Shown here: one piece after another, positions 36,221-47,038 of the stretch
How positions within the stretch are numbered: position 1 is the stretch's first letter
Layout: each line of letters begins with the position of its first letter
Assembly: GCA_020432165.1 (NCBI GenBank)
Contig: JAGQGU010000003.1
Location: forward strand, 4,357-68,356
Origin: Thermomicrobiales bacterium
Lineage (GTDB): Bacteria > Chloroflexota > Chloroflexia > Thermomicrobiales > UBA6265
Direction: 5' to 3'
Length of the DNA stretch: 64,000 bases
Program-made: the position numbers and the translations under genes
Notes under the pieces: generated by a model
The model's database searches: none
Seen by the model: the letters and a program-made list of their open reading frames with translations, nothing else
Told to the model about the DNA's origin: nothing

Positions 36221-38299
36221 ATGGCGCGTGATTCCAACGAACCCGAGGAGGCTCTTTTGGCCAACGCCACCCTTGTCAATAACGCAATCAATTCGATCCG
36301 CACCCTCTCCATGGATATGGTGCAGAAAGCGAACTCCGGTCACCCCGGACTCCCGCTTGGTGCAGCCCCCATGGCCTATGCCCTGTGGCAGAACAGCCTG
36401 GTGCACAACCCGAAGAACCCCCATTGGTTCAACCGGGACCGGTTCGTGCTCAGCGCCGGTCACGGCAGCGCCCTCCTCTACTCTCTGCTTCACCTCACTG
36501 GTTACGATCTTTCTATTGAAGACCTCAAGAACTTTCGGCAGATGCACAGCCGCACCCCGGGTCACCCGGAGCGGCTGGACACCCCGGGCGTAGAAGTGAC
36601 CACCGGTCCGTTGGGCCAGGGTCTCGCCAACGGTGTCGGCATGGCCATTGCTGAGGCCTTCCTCGCTGCTACCTTCAATACCGATGCTCATACCGTCATC
36701 GATCATCACACCTATGGCATCGTCTCCGATGGCGATGTAGTCGAAGGCGTGGCGATGGAAGCGGCGGCGATTGCCGGTAACCTGAAGCTGGGCAAACTCA
36801 TCTACCTCTACGATCAGAATCACATCACTCTGGCCGCCAGCGCCAATGTGAGCATGAGCGAGGATGTCGCCAAGCGTTTCGAGGCGCTTAACTGGCACGT
36901 CCAGACGATCAACGGTATGGATATCGATGAGGTCAATGCCGCGCTGGAGGCTGCTCGCGCCGAAACCGGCAAGCCGAGCATCATTTGCGCCCAGACCACC
37001 ATCGGCTTCGGTTCGCCGAAGAAGGCTGGCACCTTTGGCGCCCACGGCTCGCCGCTGGGTCCCGACGAAGTGAAGGCTACCAAGGAGAACCTTGGCATCC
37101 CGACCGAACCCGATTTCTATGTGCCGGAAGATGCCAGCGAGCATTTCCTGGAAGCGGTGGCCAAGGGTGCCGCCGCCGAGGCAGCCTGGAACGAAACCTT
37201 TGCCGCGTACCAGCAGGCCAATCCTGAACTCGCCGCCAAGCTGGAGCTCGCCATTGCGGGCGAGGTTGCGGCTGGCTGGGATGCTGATATTCCGGCCTGG
37301 AATGCTGGCGACAAGCCGGTTTCCACGCGCAAGGCGAGCGGCGATGTCATCGGTGGCTTCTGGAAGCACGTTCCTACCTTTATCGGTGGTTCGGCCGATC
37401 TCAATAGCAGCACGCTGACCGCGATGAAGGGCGGCGGCGACTTCGGTGATCCGAGCTTCAACGATTTCGAGAGCCAGGGCGCTGTTGGCGATACCTGGAG
37501 CTATGCCGGTCGCAATATCCACTACGGTATCCGCGAGCATGGTATGGGCGCAATCGTGAACGGCATGGCTGCACACGGCGGCGTGATTCCGTTCGGTTCC
37601 ACCTTCCACGTCTTCACCGATTACCTGCGTCCCAGCATTCGCCTGGCGGCACTCAGCCATCTCAAGAGCATCTTCGTGATGACGCACGATAGCATTGCTG
37701 TTGGTGAGGATGGCCCAACCCACGAGCCAATCGAGCAGACAATGAGTCTGCGCCTGATTCCGGGTCTGACCGTAATCCGACCGGCCGACGCCAATGAGAC
37801 CGCGGCAGCATGGCGACACGCGATCGAAAGCGACACCGCAACGCTGCTGGTGCTGAGTCGTCAGGATCTGGCGGTTCTGGATACCAGCGCGGCCAAGGGT
37901 AACCTGGAAAATGGTGCCTATATCCTCAGCGATGCCGAGGGTACTTCGGATGTTGTCCTGCTTGCGACCGGTTCTGAAGTGGAACTGGCTGTGGCAGCAC
38001 AGGGTGAGCTTGCCGGCAAGGGTGTTCAGGCCCGTGTGGTTTCCATGCCGAGCTGGGAACTCTTCCGCCAACAGAGCAAGGAATACCAGCAGAGCGTGCT
38101 GGGACCTGCCGGAACTGCCCGCGTCTCGATCGAAGCCGGTATCACCACTGGTTGGGCTGAATGGACGGGCGACAACAGCGCCCACGTCGGTATGACCACC
38201 TTTGGTCTCTCGGCACCGGGTAAGGAAGTATTGAAGCACTTCGGTTTCACAAGTGAGAACGTCACGGCGGTCGCAATGGAACTGCTTGGTCGCGGGTAA
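36221..38299 (+). CDS. tkt: Transketolase
   Basis: [46 protein letters not shown] 36221 ([10 protein letters not shown]) is preferred over the track start at 36185. Confidence 0.96.
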   Translation: MARDSNEPEEALLANATLVNNAINSIRTLSMDMVQKANSGHPGLPLGAAPMAYALWQNSLVHNPKNPHWFNRDRFVLSAGHGSALLYSLLHLTGYDLSIEDLKNFRQMHSRTPGHPERLDTPGVEVTTGPLGQGLANGVGMAIAEAFLAATFNTDAHTVIDHHTYGIVSDGDVVEGVAMEAAAIAGNLKLGKLIYLYDQNHITLAASANVSMSEDVAKRFEALNWHVQTINGMDIDEVNAALEAARAETGKPSIICAQTTIGFGSPKKAGTFGAHGSPLGPDEVKATKENLGIPTEPDFYVPEDASEHFLEAVAKGAAAEAAWNETFAAYQQANPELAAKLELAIAGEVAAGWDADIPAWNAGDKPVSTRKASGDVIGGFWKHVPTFIGGSADLNSSTLTAMKGGGDFGDPSFNDFESQGAVGDTWSYAGRNIHYGIREHGMGAIVNGMAAHGGVIPFGSTFHVFTDYLRPSIRLAALSHLKSIFVMTHDSIAVGEDGPTHEPIEQTMSLRLIPGLTVIRPADANETAAAWRHAIESDTATLLVLSRQDLAVLDTSAAKGNLENGAYILSDAEGTSDVVLLATGSEVELAVAAQGELAGKGVQARVVSMPSWELFRQQSKEYQQSVLGPAGTARVSIEAGITTGWAEWTGDNSAHVGMTTFGLSAPGKEVLKHFGFTSENVTAVAMELLGRG

Positions 38300-38320
38300 C
38301 GGAAAAGAAGAGGCAATATC

Positions 38321-39415
38321 ATGACAAACAATGTGAAGCAACTCGTCAACGAAGGCCAAAGCATCTGGCAGGATGACATCAGCCGCGAGCTGATCGAGAA
38401 CGGTGCCCTTAAGGCTGCCATCGACGAGACCGGTATCCGCGGTGTGACCTCGAATCCAGCCATCTTCCAGAAGGCACTTGCCGGTAGCGATACCTACGAT
38501 GCCGAAATCAAGGCGCTGTTGGCAGAAGGCAAGGATGCTGCCGAGGTTTTCCAGACCGTTGCAGTGAAGGATATTCAGGATACCTGCGATCTCTTCCGCC
38601 CGCTCTACGATGCTACCAACGGTGCTGATGGCTTCGTCAGCCTCGAAGTGCTGCCGAGCCTCGCCCGTGATACCGAGGGCACCATCGCCAACGCCCACAC
38701 ACTCTGGACCGCGGTTGATCGCCCGAATCTGATGATCAAGGTTCCTGGCACTGCCGAAGGTGTTCCTGCTATCAAGCAGCTGCTGACTGAGGGCATCAAT
38801 GTCAACATCACGCTCCTCTTCAGCCTGGCGAACTACGAAGCAGTGGCCACAACCTATATCGATGCATTGCAGGCGCGCGCCGATGCCGGCGAAGCGATCG
38901 ACCATGTCGCTTCAGTAGCGTCCTTCTTCGTGAGCCGCGTCGATACCGCCGCCGACAAGCAACTGGATGAGATCGGCTCCGAAGCCGCCGCGGCGCTGAA
39001 GGGCAAGGCTGCTATCGCCAACGCGGTGCTTGCATATGAGCGCTTCGAGGAACTCTTCGGTACCGAGCAGTGGCAGGCACTGGCCGCCAAGGGTGCACGG
39101 GTGCAGCGTCCGCTCTGGGCGAGCACCGGTGTCAAGAATCCGGCCTATCCGGATACGCTCTACGTGGATACCCTTATCGGTCCTGAGACGGTGAACACCG
39201 CGCCACCCAGCACGATTGTCGCCTTCCTGGATCATGGCACAGTCGCCCGTACGGTTGATGCCGACTATGCGGGAGCGCATCAGGTCTTTGCCGATCTGGC
39301 TGCTATTGGCATCGATATCGATGCCATCACCGCCAAGCTTGAGGAAGATGGTATCGCCAGTTTCATGACCAGCTACGATGATTTGCTGGCCAGTGTCGAG
39401 AGCAAGAAGGCCTAA
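38321..39415 (+). CDS. tal: Transaldolase (long actinobacterial/cyanobacterial type)
   Basis: GQSIWQDDISRELI, RGVTSNPAIFQKA, MIKVPGT, NVNITLLFS. Confidence 0.93.
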   Translation: MTNNVKQLVNEGQSIWQDDISRELIENGALKAAIDETGIRGVTSNPAIFQKALAGSDTYDAEIKALLAEGKDAAEVFQTVAVKDIQDTCDLFRPLYDATNGADGFVSLEVLPSLARDTEGTIANAHTLWTAVDRPNLMIKVPGTAEGVPAIKQLLTEGINVNITLLFSLANYEAVATTYIDALQARADAGEAIDHVASVASFFVSRVDTAADKQLDEIGSEAAAALKGKAAIANAVLAYERFEELFGTEQWQALAAKGARVQRPLWASTGVKNPAYPDTLYVDTLIGPETVNTAPPSTIVAFLDHGTVARTVDADYAGAHQVFADLAAIGIDIDAITAKLEEDGIASFMTSYDDLLASVESKKA

Positions 39416-39489
39416 TCAGGGGCTATGTTGCACTGCCGGAGCTTCCGCCCATGGTCGCTCCGGCAGTGGCGTGATTGGGGAGGAATCAG

Positions 39490-40932
39490 ATGAGCACTGG
39501 AAAGAGCCACATCGGCGTCGTTGGTCTGGCGGTGATGGGCGAGAATTTGGCACTCAATATCGCCCGCAACGGTTTTGCGCCGGTTGTGTATAACCGCACC
39601 ACAGCAGTGACCGACGAGTTCATGGCCGGTCGTGGCCAGGGCACGGGTATCACCGCAGCCACCACCATTCAGGAGCTGGTCGACAGCCTGGAGACACCAC
39701 GACGCATCATTCTCATGGTGAAAGCCGGTGCACCGGTTGATGCGGTGAAGGATGAACTCGCACCGCTGCTGGAGCCTGGCGATATTGTGATCGATGGTGG
39801 CAACAGCCTCTTCACGGATACCGAGCGCCGCTCGGCGGAGTATGAGACCCAGGGACTGAACTTCGTCGGCATGGGTGTCTCCGGTGGCGAGGAGGGCGCC
39901 CTCTGGGGTCCCAGCCTGATGCCAGGCGGCTCAGAAGTCGCCTGGAAGGCGCTGCAGCCGGTTCTGGAAGCGATCGCTGCCAAGAGCGATTCTGGCCCGT
40001 GCGTGACCCATATCGGACCGGGCGGTTCCGGTCACTACGTCAAGATGGTGCACAACGGTATTGAGTATGGCGATATGCAGCTCATTGCCGAGACGTACGA
40101 CATCATGCGCAACAGCCTGAAGATGAGCGCTCCGGAGATCGGTAAGGTCTTTGAGACGTGGAACAAGGGCAAGCTGAGCAGTTTCCTGGTGGAAATCACC
40201 GGCATTGTGCTGCAGTACATTGATGAGGATACCGGTCTACCGCTGGTCGACTTTATCCGCGATCAGGCAGCGCAGAAGGGCACTGGTCGCTGGACGAGTA
40301 TCAACAGCTACGAGCTTGGCACCCCGATTCCGGTGATCGATGCGGCCGTCGTCGCGCGTTCATTGAGCTCCATGGCTGCTGATCGTGACGCCGCTGAGGT
40401 TGTGCTGCAGGGTCCAGCCAATGTCGCGGATCTCAGCGATCAGAAGCAGACGGTTATCGATCAGCTCGAGAATGCGCTCTATGTTGCCAAGGTTATCTCC
40501 TACACCCAGGGAATGGCGCTGCTCCGCACCGCCAGCGAAACCTACAACTGGAACCTGCATTTGAGTGAACTGGCCCGCATCTGGAAGGCTGGCTGCATCA
40601 TTCGCGCGCGGCTCCTTGATCCGATTATGAAGGCCTTTGCCGAAGATCCGGATCTACGTAATCTCATGCTCAGCCCCTATTTCCGCGACGATGTGAATGC
40701 CTGCGTGCCTGATCTGCGTAGCGTGCTCACGGTGGCGATCCAGAGTGGTGTACCGACGCCTGCGTATAGCGCCGCGCTGAACTATTTCGATACAGTTCGT
40801 GATACGCACCTCCCGGCCAACCTGATTCAGGAGCTGCGCGATTACTTCGGGGCGCATACCTTTGAGCGCACAGACAGGCCCGGTACATTCCACATCGAGT
40901 GGATGACGGTCGACAAGAGTGCTGCTGAATAG
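39490..40932 (+). CDS. gnd: 6-phosphogluconate dehydrogenase, decarboxylating
   Basis: IGVVGLAVMGENLALNIARNGF, GMGVSGGEEGA, HNGIEYGDMQLI. GGGGAGGA Shine-Dalgarno before ATG 39490. Confidence 0.95.
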   Translation: MSTGKSHIGVVGLAVMGENLALNIARNGFAPVVYNRTTAVTDEFMAGRGQGTGITAATTIQELVDSLETPRRIILMVKAGAPVDAVKDELAPLLEPGDIVIDGGNSLFTDTERRSAEYETQGLNFVGMGVSGGEEGALWGPSLMPGGSEVAWKALQPVLEAIAAKSDSGPCVTHIGPGGSGHYVKMVHNGIEYGDMQLIAETYDIMRNSLKMSAPEIGKVFETWNKGKLSSFLVEITGIVLQYIDEDTGLPLVDFIRDQAAQKGTGRWTSINSYELGTPIPVIDAAVVARSLSSMAADRDAAEVVLQGPANVADLSDQKQTVIDQLENALYVAKVISYTQGMALLRTASETYNWNLHLSELARIWKAGCIIRARLLDPIMKAFAEDPDLRNLMLSPYFRDDVNACVPDLRSVLTVAIQSGVPTPAYSAALNYFDTVRDTHLPANLIQELRDYFGAHTFERTDRPGTFHIEWMTVDKSAAE

Positions 40933-40968
40933 AGCACCTGCTCTTATTCACTCGCTCTCGAGTACGGG

Positions 40969-42642
40969 ATGGGACGGATGACAGAGAATATCAACAATCC
41001 AGCCGAAGGTGGATACAACTTTGCTGTGGACAGCACCGGCTATGGCGACGCAACCGATCATGTGGGGCATCAGTTCGATCTCACGGAAGCACTCAGCAGC
41101 GTAGCGGCGAATCCTCTCCGCGCTGGTCTCCAAATGGATCGTATGCCTGAGTCCTGTGTGATGGTGATCTTCGGTGTAACCGGCGATCTCACCGCGCGCA
41201 AGCTTATGCCAAGCCTCTACGATCTCGCGATCGGACATCCATTGCCGGAGGGCTTCAGCATCGTTGGTGTCAGCCACCGCGACTGGAGCGATGACGACTT
41301 CCGCAACGAGATGCGCGCTGCAGTGGAGCGAGGTGCCCGCACACCGGTAACGGAAGAAGGCTGGAAGCTCTTCAGCCAGGGCCTCTTCTATGTAAAGGGC
41401 GATTTCGATGGCGAAGAAACCTACACCCGTCTGAAGGAACGACTCGAGCAGGTCGATGCCGAACGCCGGGCGCATGGCAATCGCCTCTTCTATCTGGCTA
41501 CCGCACCCCGCTTCTATGCACCCATCATCCATCACCTGGGAGCGAGCAAGATCGGTCACCGCCAGGATATCTACTTCGATAAGGAAGCTGGCTGGAATCG
41601 TGTCGTTATCGAGAAGCCGTTCGGACGCGATATCAACACCGCCCGTCAACTGAACGCGGAGATCGGATCGGTTTTCAGCGAGCGCCAGATCTATCGTATC
41701 GATCACTACCTCGGCAAGGAGACCGTGCAGAACGTTCTCGCATTCCGCTTTGCCAATACGCTCTTTGAGCCTGTCTGGAATCGACAGTATGTCGATCACG
41801 TACAGATCACCGTGGCGGAGAGCCTGGGTGTGGAAGAACGCGCTGGCTACTATGAGGAAGCAGGTGCTTTGCGCGATATGGTGCAGAGCCATATCCTGCA
41901 GCTGCTCGCCGTGATCGCGATGGAACCGCCTGCCCTCTTCAACGGCAATGCCCTGCGCGACGAGAAGGTCAAGCTGCTACGCGCAGTGGTACCACCGTCT
42001 CGCGAAGAGTTGATGACAAGAACTGTTCGCGGTCAGTACGACGAAGGTTTCATGAGCGGCCGCAAGATGCCGGCCTATCGCGACGAGAAGGGCGTCAAGC
42101 CCGGCTCCAAGACAGAGACCTATGTCGCGATGCAGTTGGAGGTCGATAACTGGCGCTGGGCGGGTGTTCCTTTCTATCTGCGTACAGGCAAGCGACTGGC
42201 TCGACGTGTCACCGAAATCGCGATCACCTTCAAGCAGGTACCTCACCTGATGTTCCAGAGTGTGGGCGATGTGGATCTCAGTCCAAACGTGATCACCATG
42301 CGCATTCAGCCAGATGAGGGTATCTCGCTCAAGTTCGCCGCCAAGGTGCCGGGTCCGACAACACAGCTGCGACCAGTACGTATGGACTTCCTCTATGGTT
42401 CCTCCTTCGGTGAAGCCGGACCGGATGCCTACGAACGATTGCTGCTGGATGCCATGCTCGGCGATCCTACCCTCTTCGCCCGTCGTGATGAGGTGGAGAC
42501 CGCCTGGAGCCTGATGCAGCCGATTCTGGATGGATGGCAGGATATGGCATTGCCGGTCTATCCGTACGAATCCGGCTCCTGGGGACCATCCAAGGCCGAT
42601 ACGATGCTGCGGCGTGAAGACCGCGAATGGCGTCGACCATAA
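40969..42642 (+). CDS. zwf: Glucose-6-phosphate 1-dehydrogenase
   Basis: [26 protein letters not shown]. Alternative start at ATG 40978. Confidence 0.95.
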   Translation: MGRMTENINNPAEGGYNFAVDSTGYGDATDHVGHQFDLTEALSSVAANPLRAGLQMDRMPESCVMVIFGVTGDLTARKLMPSLYDLAIGHPLPEGFSIVGVSHRDWSDDDFRNEMRAAVERGARTPVTEEGWKLFSQGLFYVKGDFDGEETYTRLKERLEQVDAERRAHGNRLFYLATAPRFYAPIIHHLGASKIGHRQDIYFDKEAGWNRVVIEKPFGRDINTARQLNAEIGSVFSERQIYRIDHYLGKETVQNVLAFRFANTLFEPVWNRQYVDHVQITVAESLGVEERAGYYEEAGALRDMVQSHILQLLAVIAMEPPALFNGNALRDEKVKLLRAVVPPSREELMTRTVRGQYDEGFMSGRKMPAYRDEKGVKPGSKTETYVAMQLEVDNWRWAGVPFYLRTGKRLARRVTEIAITFKQVPHLMFQSVGDVDLSPNVITMRIQPDEGISLKFAAKVPGPTTQLRPVRMDFLYGSSFGEAGPDAYERLLLDAMLGDPTLFARRDEVETAWSLMQPILDGWQDMALPVYPYESGSWGPSKADTMLRREDREWRRP

Positions 42643-42659
42643 GCCAGAGGGGTTCACAG

Positions 42660-43877
42660 ATGGCTGAACAACAGGAATATCGTAACAAGGTCGTGGTGCG
42701 CCACAATTGGGATACCGATATTGTCGATACCGGTGCTATCCACGATGAATTCAACCGCATGTGGAGCGAGGTTGCGCCCAGCCGGATCGTGAGTGGTCCG
42801 TATGGCGAGCAGAAGGTCACCGGCCACACAGCCGCACCCGACATCATGCGGGCAAACACATTGAATCTGGTATCGGTGGCGGATAGTCTCGAGATCGCCG
42901 AGATGATTCTGCAGACGGTGAGTCAGCTGAAGGATTTTCTCCCCAGCCGCACGATCATCGTCATCAATGATCCCCATCTCCAGCGCCCGAAGGCCTGGCA
43001 TATTGATCTCCAGATCAATGAGACGTCAACGAAGGATGATAGCCACCACGGCATCCTCTTCGAAACTATCACCATCTGGACCGACCAATCCAGCGCGGGT
43101 GTGCTCAGCAGTATCGTGGCTCCGCTCCTGATTTCAGAGCTACCCTCGTTTCTGTGGTGGCCGCGCGGTGAATTCAGCAACAACGCCATTTTCGAGGATC
43201 TCTCCCAGGTAGCGGACCGCCTCGTATTCGATAGTGCCCGTTTGGGTAACGATGCCCATGCCGTGGCCGATTATCGCTCGCTCATCGATGAGCCCACCGA
43301 TCCGATCGTTGGCGATTTTACCTGGCTCCGACTCGCCCCGTGGCGGCAATTGATCGCCCAGTTCTTCGATCCGGTTACGACCCATCGCAGCCTGGAGCAT
43401 ATAGATAGCGTCAATATCGCCTACGCGCAGGAGCGCCAGGATCACAGCTCCGGCTTCGCGGCAGCGTTGATGGTGCTTGGCTGGCTGGGGAGCCGGTTGA
43501 AGTGGGAAGTAATCGAACCACTGGAAGCCCGCAAATCCGGCGGTTGGACAGCCTTCATGGCAGCAACGGACAGTACCGGTCGCGCCCACGAAGTGCAGAT
43601 TCGGCTGACGCCGGATTTCGTCCCCGGGGCCAAGTTCAGCCTGCGCAGCGTCGAAATTGTCACCAACGATGGCAGCTCCGGCCGATACATCATCCAACGC
43701 ACAGATCACGATGACCTCGTAACGAGTTCAGAGACCGCCACGACCCCACTGGTAAGTCGTATGGTCTTTAGTCGCCGCCATTCCACCGTGGAGATGTTGG
43801 GACAGGAACTCCAGAGATTCGGACCGGATCGCGTCTTTGAGGATTCGATTCGCCTCGCCACGCAGTTGCTACCGTAA
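42660..43877 (+). CDS. opcA: Glucose-6-phosphate dehydrogenase assembly protein OpcA
   Basis: Position immediately after zwf, about 400 aa, OpcA-like blocks (LPSFLWWP...). ATG 42660 follows GAGGGG. The track start at 42627 overlaps zwf. Confidence 0.8.
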   Translation: MAEQQEYRNKVVVRHNWDTDIVDTGAIHDEFNRMWSEVAPSRIVSGPYGEQKVTGHTAAPDIMRANTLNLVSVADSLEIAEMILQTVSQLKDFLPSRTIIVINDPHLQRPKAWHIDLQINETSTKDDSHHGILFETITIWTDQSSAGVLSSIVAPLLISELPSFLWWPRGEFSNNAIFEDLSQVADRLVFDSARLGNDAHAVADYRSLIDEPTDPIVGDFTWLRLAPWRQLIAQFFDPVTTHRSLEHIDSVNIAYAQERQDHSSGFAAALMVLGWLGSRLKWEVIEPLEARKSGGWTAFMAATDSTGRAHEVQIRLTPDFVPGAKFSLRSVEIVTNDGSSGRYIIQRTDHDDLVTSSETATTPLVSRMVFSRRHSTVEMLGQELQRFGPDRVFEDSIRLATQLLP

Positions 43878-43897
43878 GCGCATTTCAGGAGCGATAC

Positions 43898-44671
43898 ATG
43901 ACGGATACAGTGAAGGTTCTCGATTTGGGGGTGCATGGCACCGTTATCGTTGTTACCGATGGCGAGGCACTTGCCCGTCATGCCGCCGAAGAGATCATCG
44001 CGGTATCGCAAGCGGCCAAGGCCGAGTCGCGTATCGCCCTGGTTGCACTCTCGGGCGGTTCAACCCCCAAGCGGATGGGCCAGTTACTCTCCACCGCCGA
44101 GTATGGTGATCGGGTAGCCTGGGATGCCTTGCATCTCTTCTGGGGCGATGAGCGCTTCGTTCCGCTCTCCAGCCCGGAGAGTAATGCCGGTGAAGCACTG
44201 CGTGCCTTTATCGACGCTGCACCCATTCATCCGGAAGATGTCCACACTTGGGAAACAGACGATGGCATCAGCCCCGCAGAATCAGCAACGCGATACGAAG
44301 CCGAGATTCGCGAAGTAAGTGGTGTTGCCGAAGGCACACCGGTTTTCGATCTCATCCTGTTGGGCATGGGTGACGATGGTCATACCCTCAGCCTCTTCCC
44401 AGGTACTGCTGCTATCCATAACAATAGTGACATCGTGTTGGCGCATCACGTAGCCAAGCTGGATGCGGATCGCCTCACCTTCTCACCACTCCTTGCCAAT
44501 GCCGCGGCCAGGGTTGTTTTCCTGGTCGGTGGCGCAGGCAAGGCCGAGACGCTCGTACGTGTGTTGCAGGGTGATGAGGATGTGGACACGCTGCCATCGC
44601 AAGTCATTCGCCCGACCAATGGCGACCTTGTGTGGCTGGTAGATGAGGCCGCCGCTGCCAATCTGAGGTAG
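43898..44671 (+). CDS. pgl: 6-phosphogluconolactonase
   Basis: ALSGGSTPK, WGDERFVP, DLILLGMGDDGHTLSLFPG. Confidence 0.92.
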   Translation: MTDTVKVLDLGVHGTVIVVTDGEALARHAAEEIIAVSQAAKAESRIALVALSGGSTPKRMGQLLSTAEYGDRVAWDALHLFWGDERFVPLSSPESNAGEALRAFIDAAPIHPEDVHTWETDDGISPAESATRYEAEIREVSGVAEGTPVFDLILLGMGDDGHTLSLFPGTAAIHNNSDIVLAHHVAKLDADRLTFSPLLANAAARVVFLVGGAGKAETLVRVLQGDEDVDTLPSQVIRPTNGDLVWLVDEAAAANLR

Positions 44672-44673
44672 AG

Positions 44674-45363
44674 ATGTCGCTGACAACGCAGGAACTGCTC
44701 ACACTCATCGGAACACACGCTGCCAATCTGGTTGAAGATGGCATGGTCGTAGGGCTCGGCACAGGTAGCACCGCCGCCGCCATGGTCGATGCTCTTGGCG
44801 CACGCGCGCAGGATGGCTTGCGCGTGACTGGTGTCGCCACCAGCATCTTTACCCAACAGCAAGCAGAGTCCTATGGAATCCGGGTCGTTGATCTGGCTGA
44901 TGTTGATCGTCTCGATCTCTGCATCGATGGTGCGGACGAGATTGATCCGGCCCTGAATCTGGTCAAGGGTCGCGGCGGAGCACTGCTTTTTGAAAAACTG
45001 GTGGCACGCCAGGCCGATCATTACGTGATCATTGCCGCGGCGGACAAGCTGGTCGATCGACTTGGTGTGCGTATGCCCCTGCCCGTGGAGATTGTTCCTA
45101 TCGGCTGGAATCATACCGCTGCACGTATCAGTGATCTCGGGCTGCAACCAACACTCCGTATGGATGGCGACGAGATGTATCTCACCGATGGTCGACACGC
45201 GATTGTCGATTGTACCTGGCCAGAAGAAGGACTTGATCCGGTGCAACTCGCTCACGATCTCAAGGCGATTACCGGTGTCGTGGATCATGGCCTCTTCATC
45301 GGTATGGCCGATGTCGCTGTCACCGTCGACAAGGATGGTGTGATCAGCGAGCGTCGCAGTTAA
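44674..45363 (+). CDS. rpiA: Ribose-5-phosphate isomerase A
   Basis: VGLGTGSTA, IDGADE, KGRGGALLFEK. Confidence 0.93.
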   Translation: MSLTTQELLTLIGTHAANLVEDGMVVGLGTGSTAAAMVDALGARAQDGLRVTGVATSIFTQQQAESYGIRVVDLADVDRLDLCIDGADEIDPALNLVKGRGGALLFEKLVARQADHYVIIAAADKLVDRLGVRMPLPVEIVPIGWNHTAARISDLGLQPTLRMDGDEMYLTDGRHAIVDCTWPEEGLDPVQLAHDLKAITGVVDHGLFIGMADVAVTVDKDGVISERRS

Positions 45364-45411
45364 TCTATCATCTGGTAAACGTTCCAACGGAATCTGATCG
45401 TGTTTCGGACG

Positions 45412-45495
45412 GTAGTGGCGTGCCTTGTGCACGCCTGCAGAGAACTGCCGGATGCTAATCATCCGCCACCAGGTGGCCATAAAGGCCACCACTAC
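45412..45495. repeat. BIME-like pair of inverted REPs, core subfamily
   Basis: GTAG-T-GGCGTGC-CTTGT-GCACGCC (45412-45435) and GGTGGCC-ATAAA-GGCCACC-A-CTAC (45472-45495), separated by a GGATG-ctaat-CATCC hairpin. Confidence 0.7.
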
Positions 45496-45542
45496 CGATG
45501 AAGCAGGCAATTCTCGTGAACCGAAATTGCTATAGAAAACCC

Positions 45543-45578
45543 AAAGAGCCTCGGCGGACTGATCCGCCGAGGCTCTTT
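45543..45578. terminator. Bidirectional terminator between rpiA and amt
   Basis: AAAGAGCCTCGGCGGA-ctga-TCCGCCGAGGCTCTTT, a perfect 16-bp stem with A/T runs on both sides. Confidence 0.8.
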
Positions 45579-45585
45579 CGCGTTA

Positions 45586-46806
45586 CTACAGGCGATAAGC
45601 CAGCTCGCCGTGCTGGGTGGTATCGAGGCCGAGTACTTCCTCTTCCTCCTGCACACGGAGTCCAACTACCGCATCAATCACCTTGAGGATGATGAAGGTG
45701 ACAACACCGCTGAAGGCGATGGCGGCGACCACTGCCACAAACTGAATCCAGAGCTGCTCCGGATTGCCATAGAAGAATCCATCGGCGACATCGTTCACGG
45801 CGACGGTGGCGAAGAGTCCGGTTGCGAGCGCACCCCAGATACCGCCAACACCATGTACCGCAAAGACATCCAGGGCGTCATCCAGCTTGACGACATTCTT
45901 GAGCAGATCAACCGCGAAGAAGCAGAATCCACCAGCGCCGAGCCCAATGACAATCGCGGCCCACGGCTCCACGAATCCAGCAGCCGGCGTGATTCCCACC
46001 AGACCAGCCACAGCACCACAGGCAGCACCCATGACACTCGGGTGGCCGTGTCGCCACCAGCTAATGCCCAGCCAGGTGATCGCGGCCGCGGCAGCAGCAA
46101 TGTTGGTGACCACAAACGCATGCGCAGCCAGGCCATTCGCGGCCAACGCGGAACCGGCATTGAAGCCGAACCAACCGAACCAGAGCAGGCTGGCGCCAAG
46201 CACGGTCATGGTGAGGTCGTGGGGATCAGTCTCGGGTGTACCGAAATCCTTGCGCTGACCGAGCATACGAGCAGCCACCACCGCAGCAACACCAGAGGAG
46301 ATGTGAATAACGGTACCACCGGCGAAGTCCAGCGCACCCATATCACCGATCCAGCCACCACCCCATACCCAGTGGCAGAGTGGTGCGTAAACCAGCGTCA
46401 CCCAGGCCACGGTAAAGAGCAGATAGGCTTTGAAGCTCTTGCGCTCAGCAAATGCACCGGTAATGAGCGCCGGCGTGATGCAGGCGAACATCATCTGGAA
46501 AGCCACAAAAGCCAATGCGGGAATGTTATCGGCGTAGGGGCCTGGTTCCTGGCCAACACCACGCAGGCCGAAGAATTCCAGACTGCCGATAAGCCCACCT
46601 TTGTCCGAGCCAAACGCGAGGGTGTACCCCCAAAGAACCCAGACGACGCTGACGAGACAGAACGTAAAGAAGGAGTGCATGAGTGTGCTCAGCACATTCT
46701 TACGCCGTACCAGTCCTCCATAAAAGAATCCGAGTGCCGGGGTCATGATCATGACCAATGCTGCACTCATGAGTACCCAGGCTGTATCGCCCGCGCTGAT
46801 TTCCAT
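45586..46806 (-). CDS. amt: Ammonium transporter
   Basis: DTAWVLMSAALVMIMTPALGFFYGGLVR, DFAGGTVIHISSG, about 11 TM segments. Confidence 0.95.
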   Translation of the reverse strand: MEISAGDTAWVLMSAALVMIMTPALGFFYGGLVRRKNVLSTLMHSFFTFCLVSVVWVLWGYTLAFGSDKGGLIGSLEFFGLRGVGQEPGPYADNIPALAFVAFQMMFACITPALITGAFAERKSFKAYLLFTVAWVTLVYAPLCHWVWGGGWIGDMGALDFAGGTVIHISSGVAAVVAARMLGQRKDFGTPETDPHDLTMTVLGASLLWFGWFGFNAGSALAANGLAAHAFVVTNIAAAAAAITWLGISWWRHGHPSVMGAACGAVAGLVGITPAAGFVEPWAAIVIGLGAGGFCFFAVDLLKNVVKLDDALDVFAVHGVGGIWGALATGLFATVAVNDVADGFFYGNPEQLWIQFVAVVAAIAFSGVVTFIILKVIDAVVGLRVQEEEEVLGLDTTQHGELAYRL

Positions 46807-47038
46807 TCCAATCCCCTTTCAGCGTTGCCGCATTTGGCCCTGAACAAAAGCATGGCAGCACCGTAGAGAGCACCGCTGTTGTACAGTTTGCTCACGGATC
46901 AGGGCAGTGATAACGGCGTGGTATCACAAATTCGAAGACCCCAACTGTTCACTCTGCACATATTCCGTTGTACGACGTATCCCCGGTTCTGCTATCAGTG
47001 AATCACTTGGATGAATTGCACAATGAAAGGCCCAGACA

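Noticed and set aside
36149-38905. 918-aa ORF antisense to tkt and tal. Similar giants occur at 56094-57977, 48209-49891, 45610-46866, 58236-59390, 31826-33262, 33418-34653 and 40948-41892.
   Set aside because: Each lies exactly opposite a confidently identified conserved gene. Their products are low-complexity and R/G/H/D-rich with no recognisable motifs. Stop-poor antisense frames are expected in GC-rich coding DNA.
46807-47038. Nitrogen-regulator sites (NtcA TGTA-N8-TACA, TnrA/GlnR TGTNA-N7-TNACA) upstream of amt.
   Set aside because: Only partial matches were found, such as TGTACAGTTTGCTCAC. None satisfies both half-sites.
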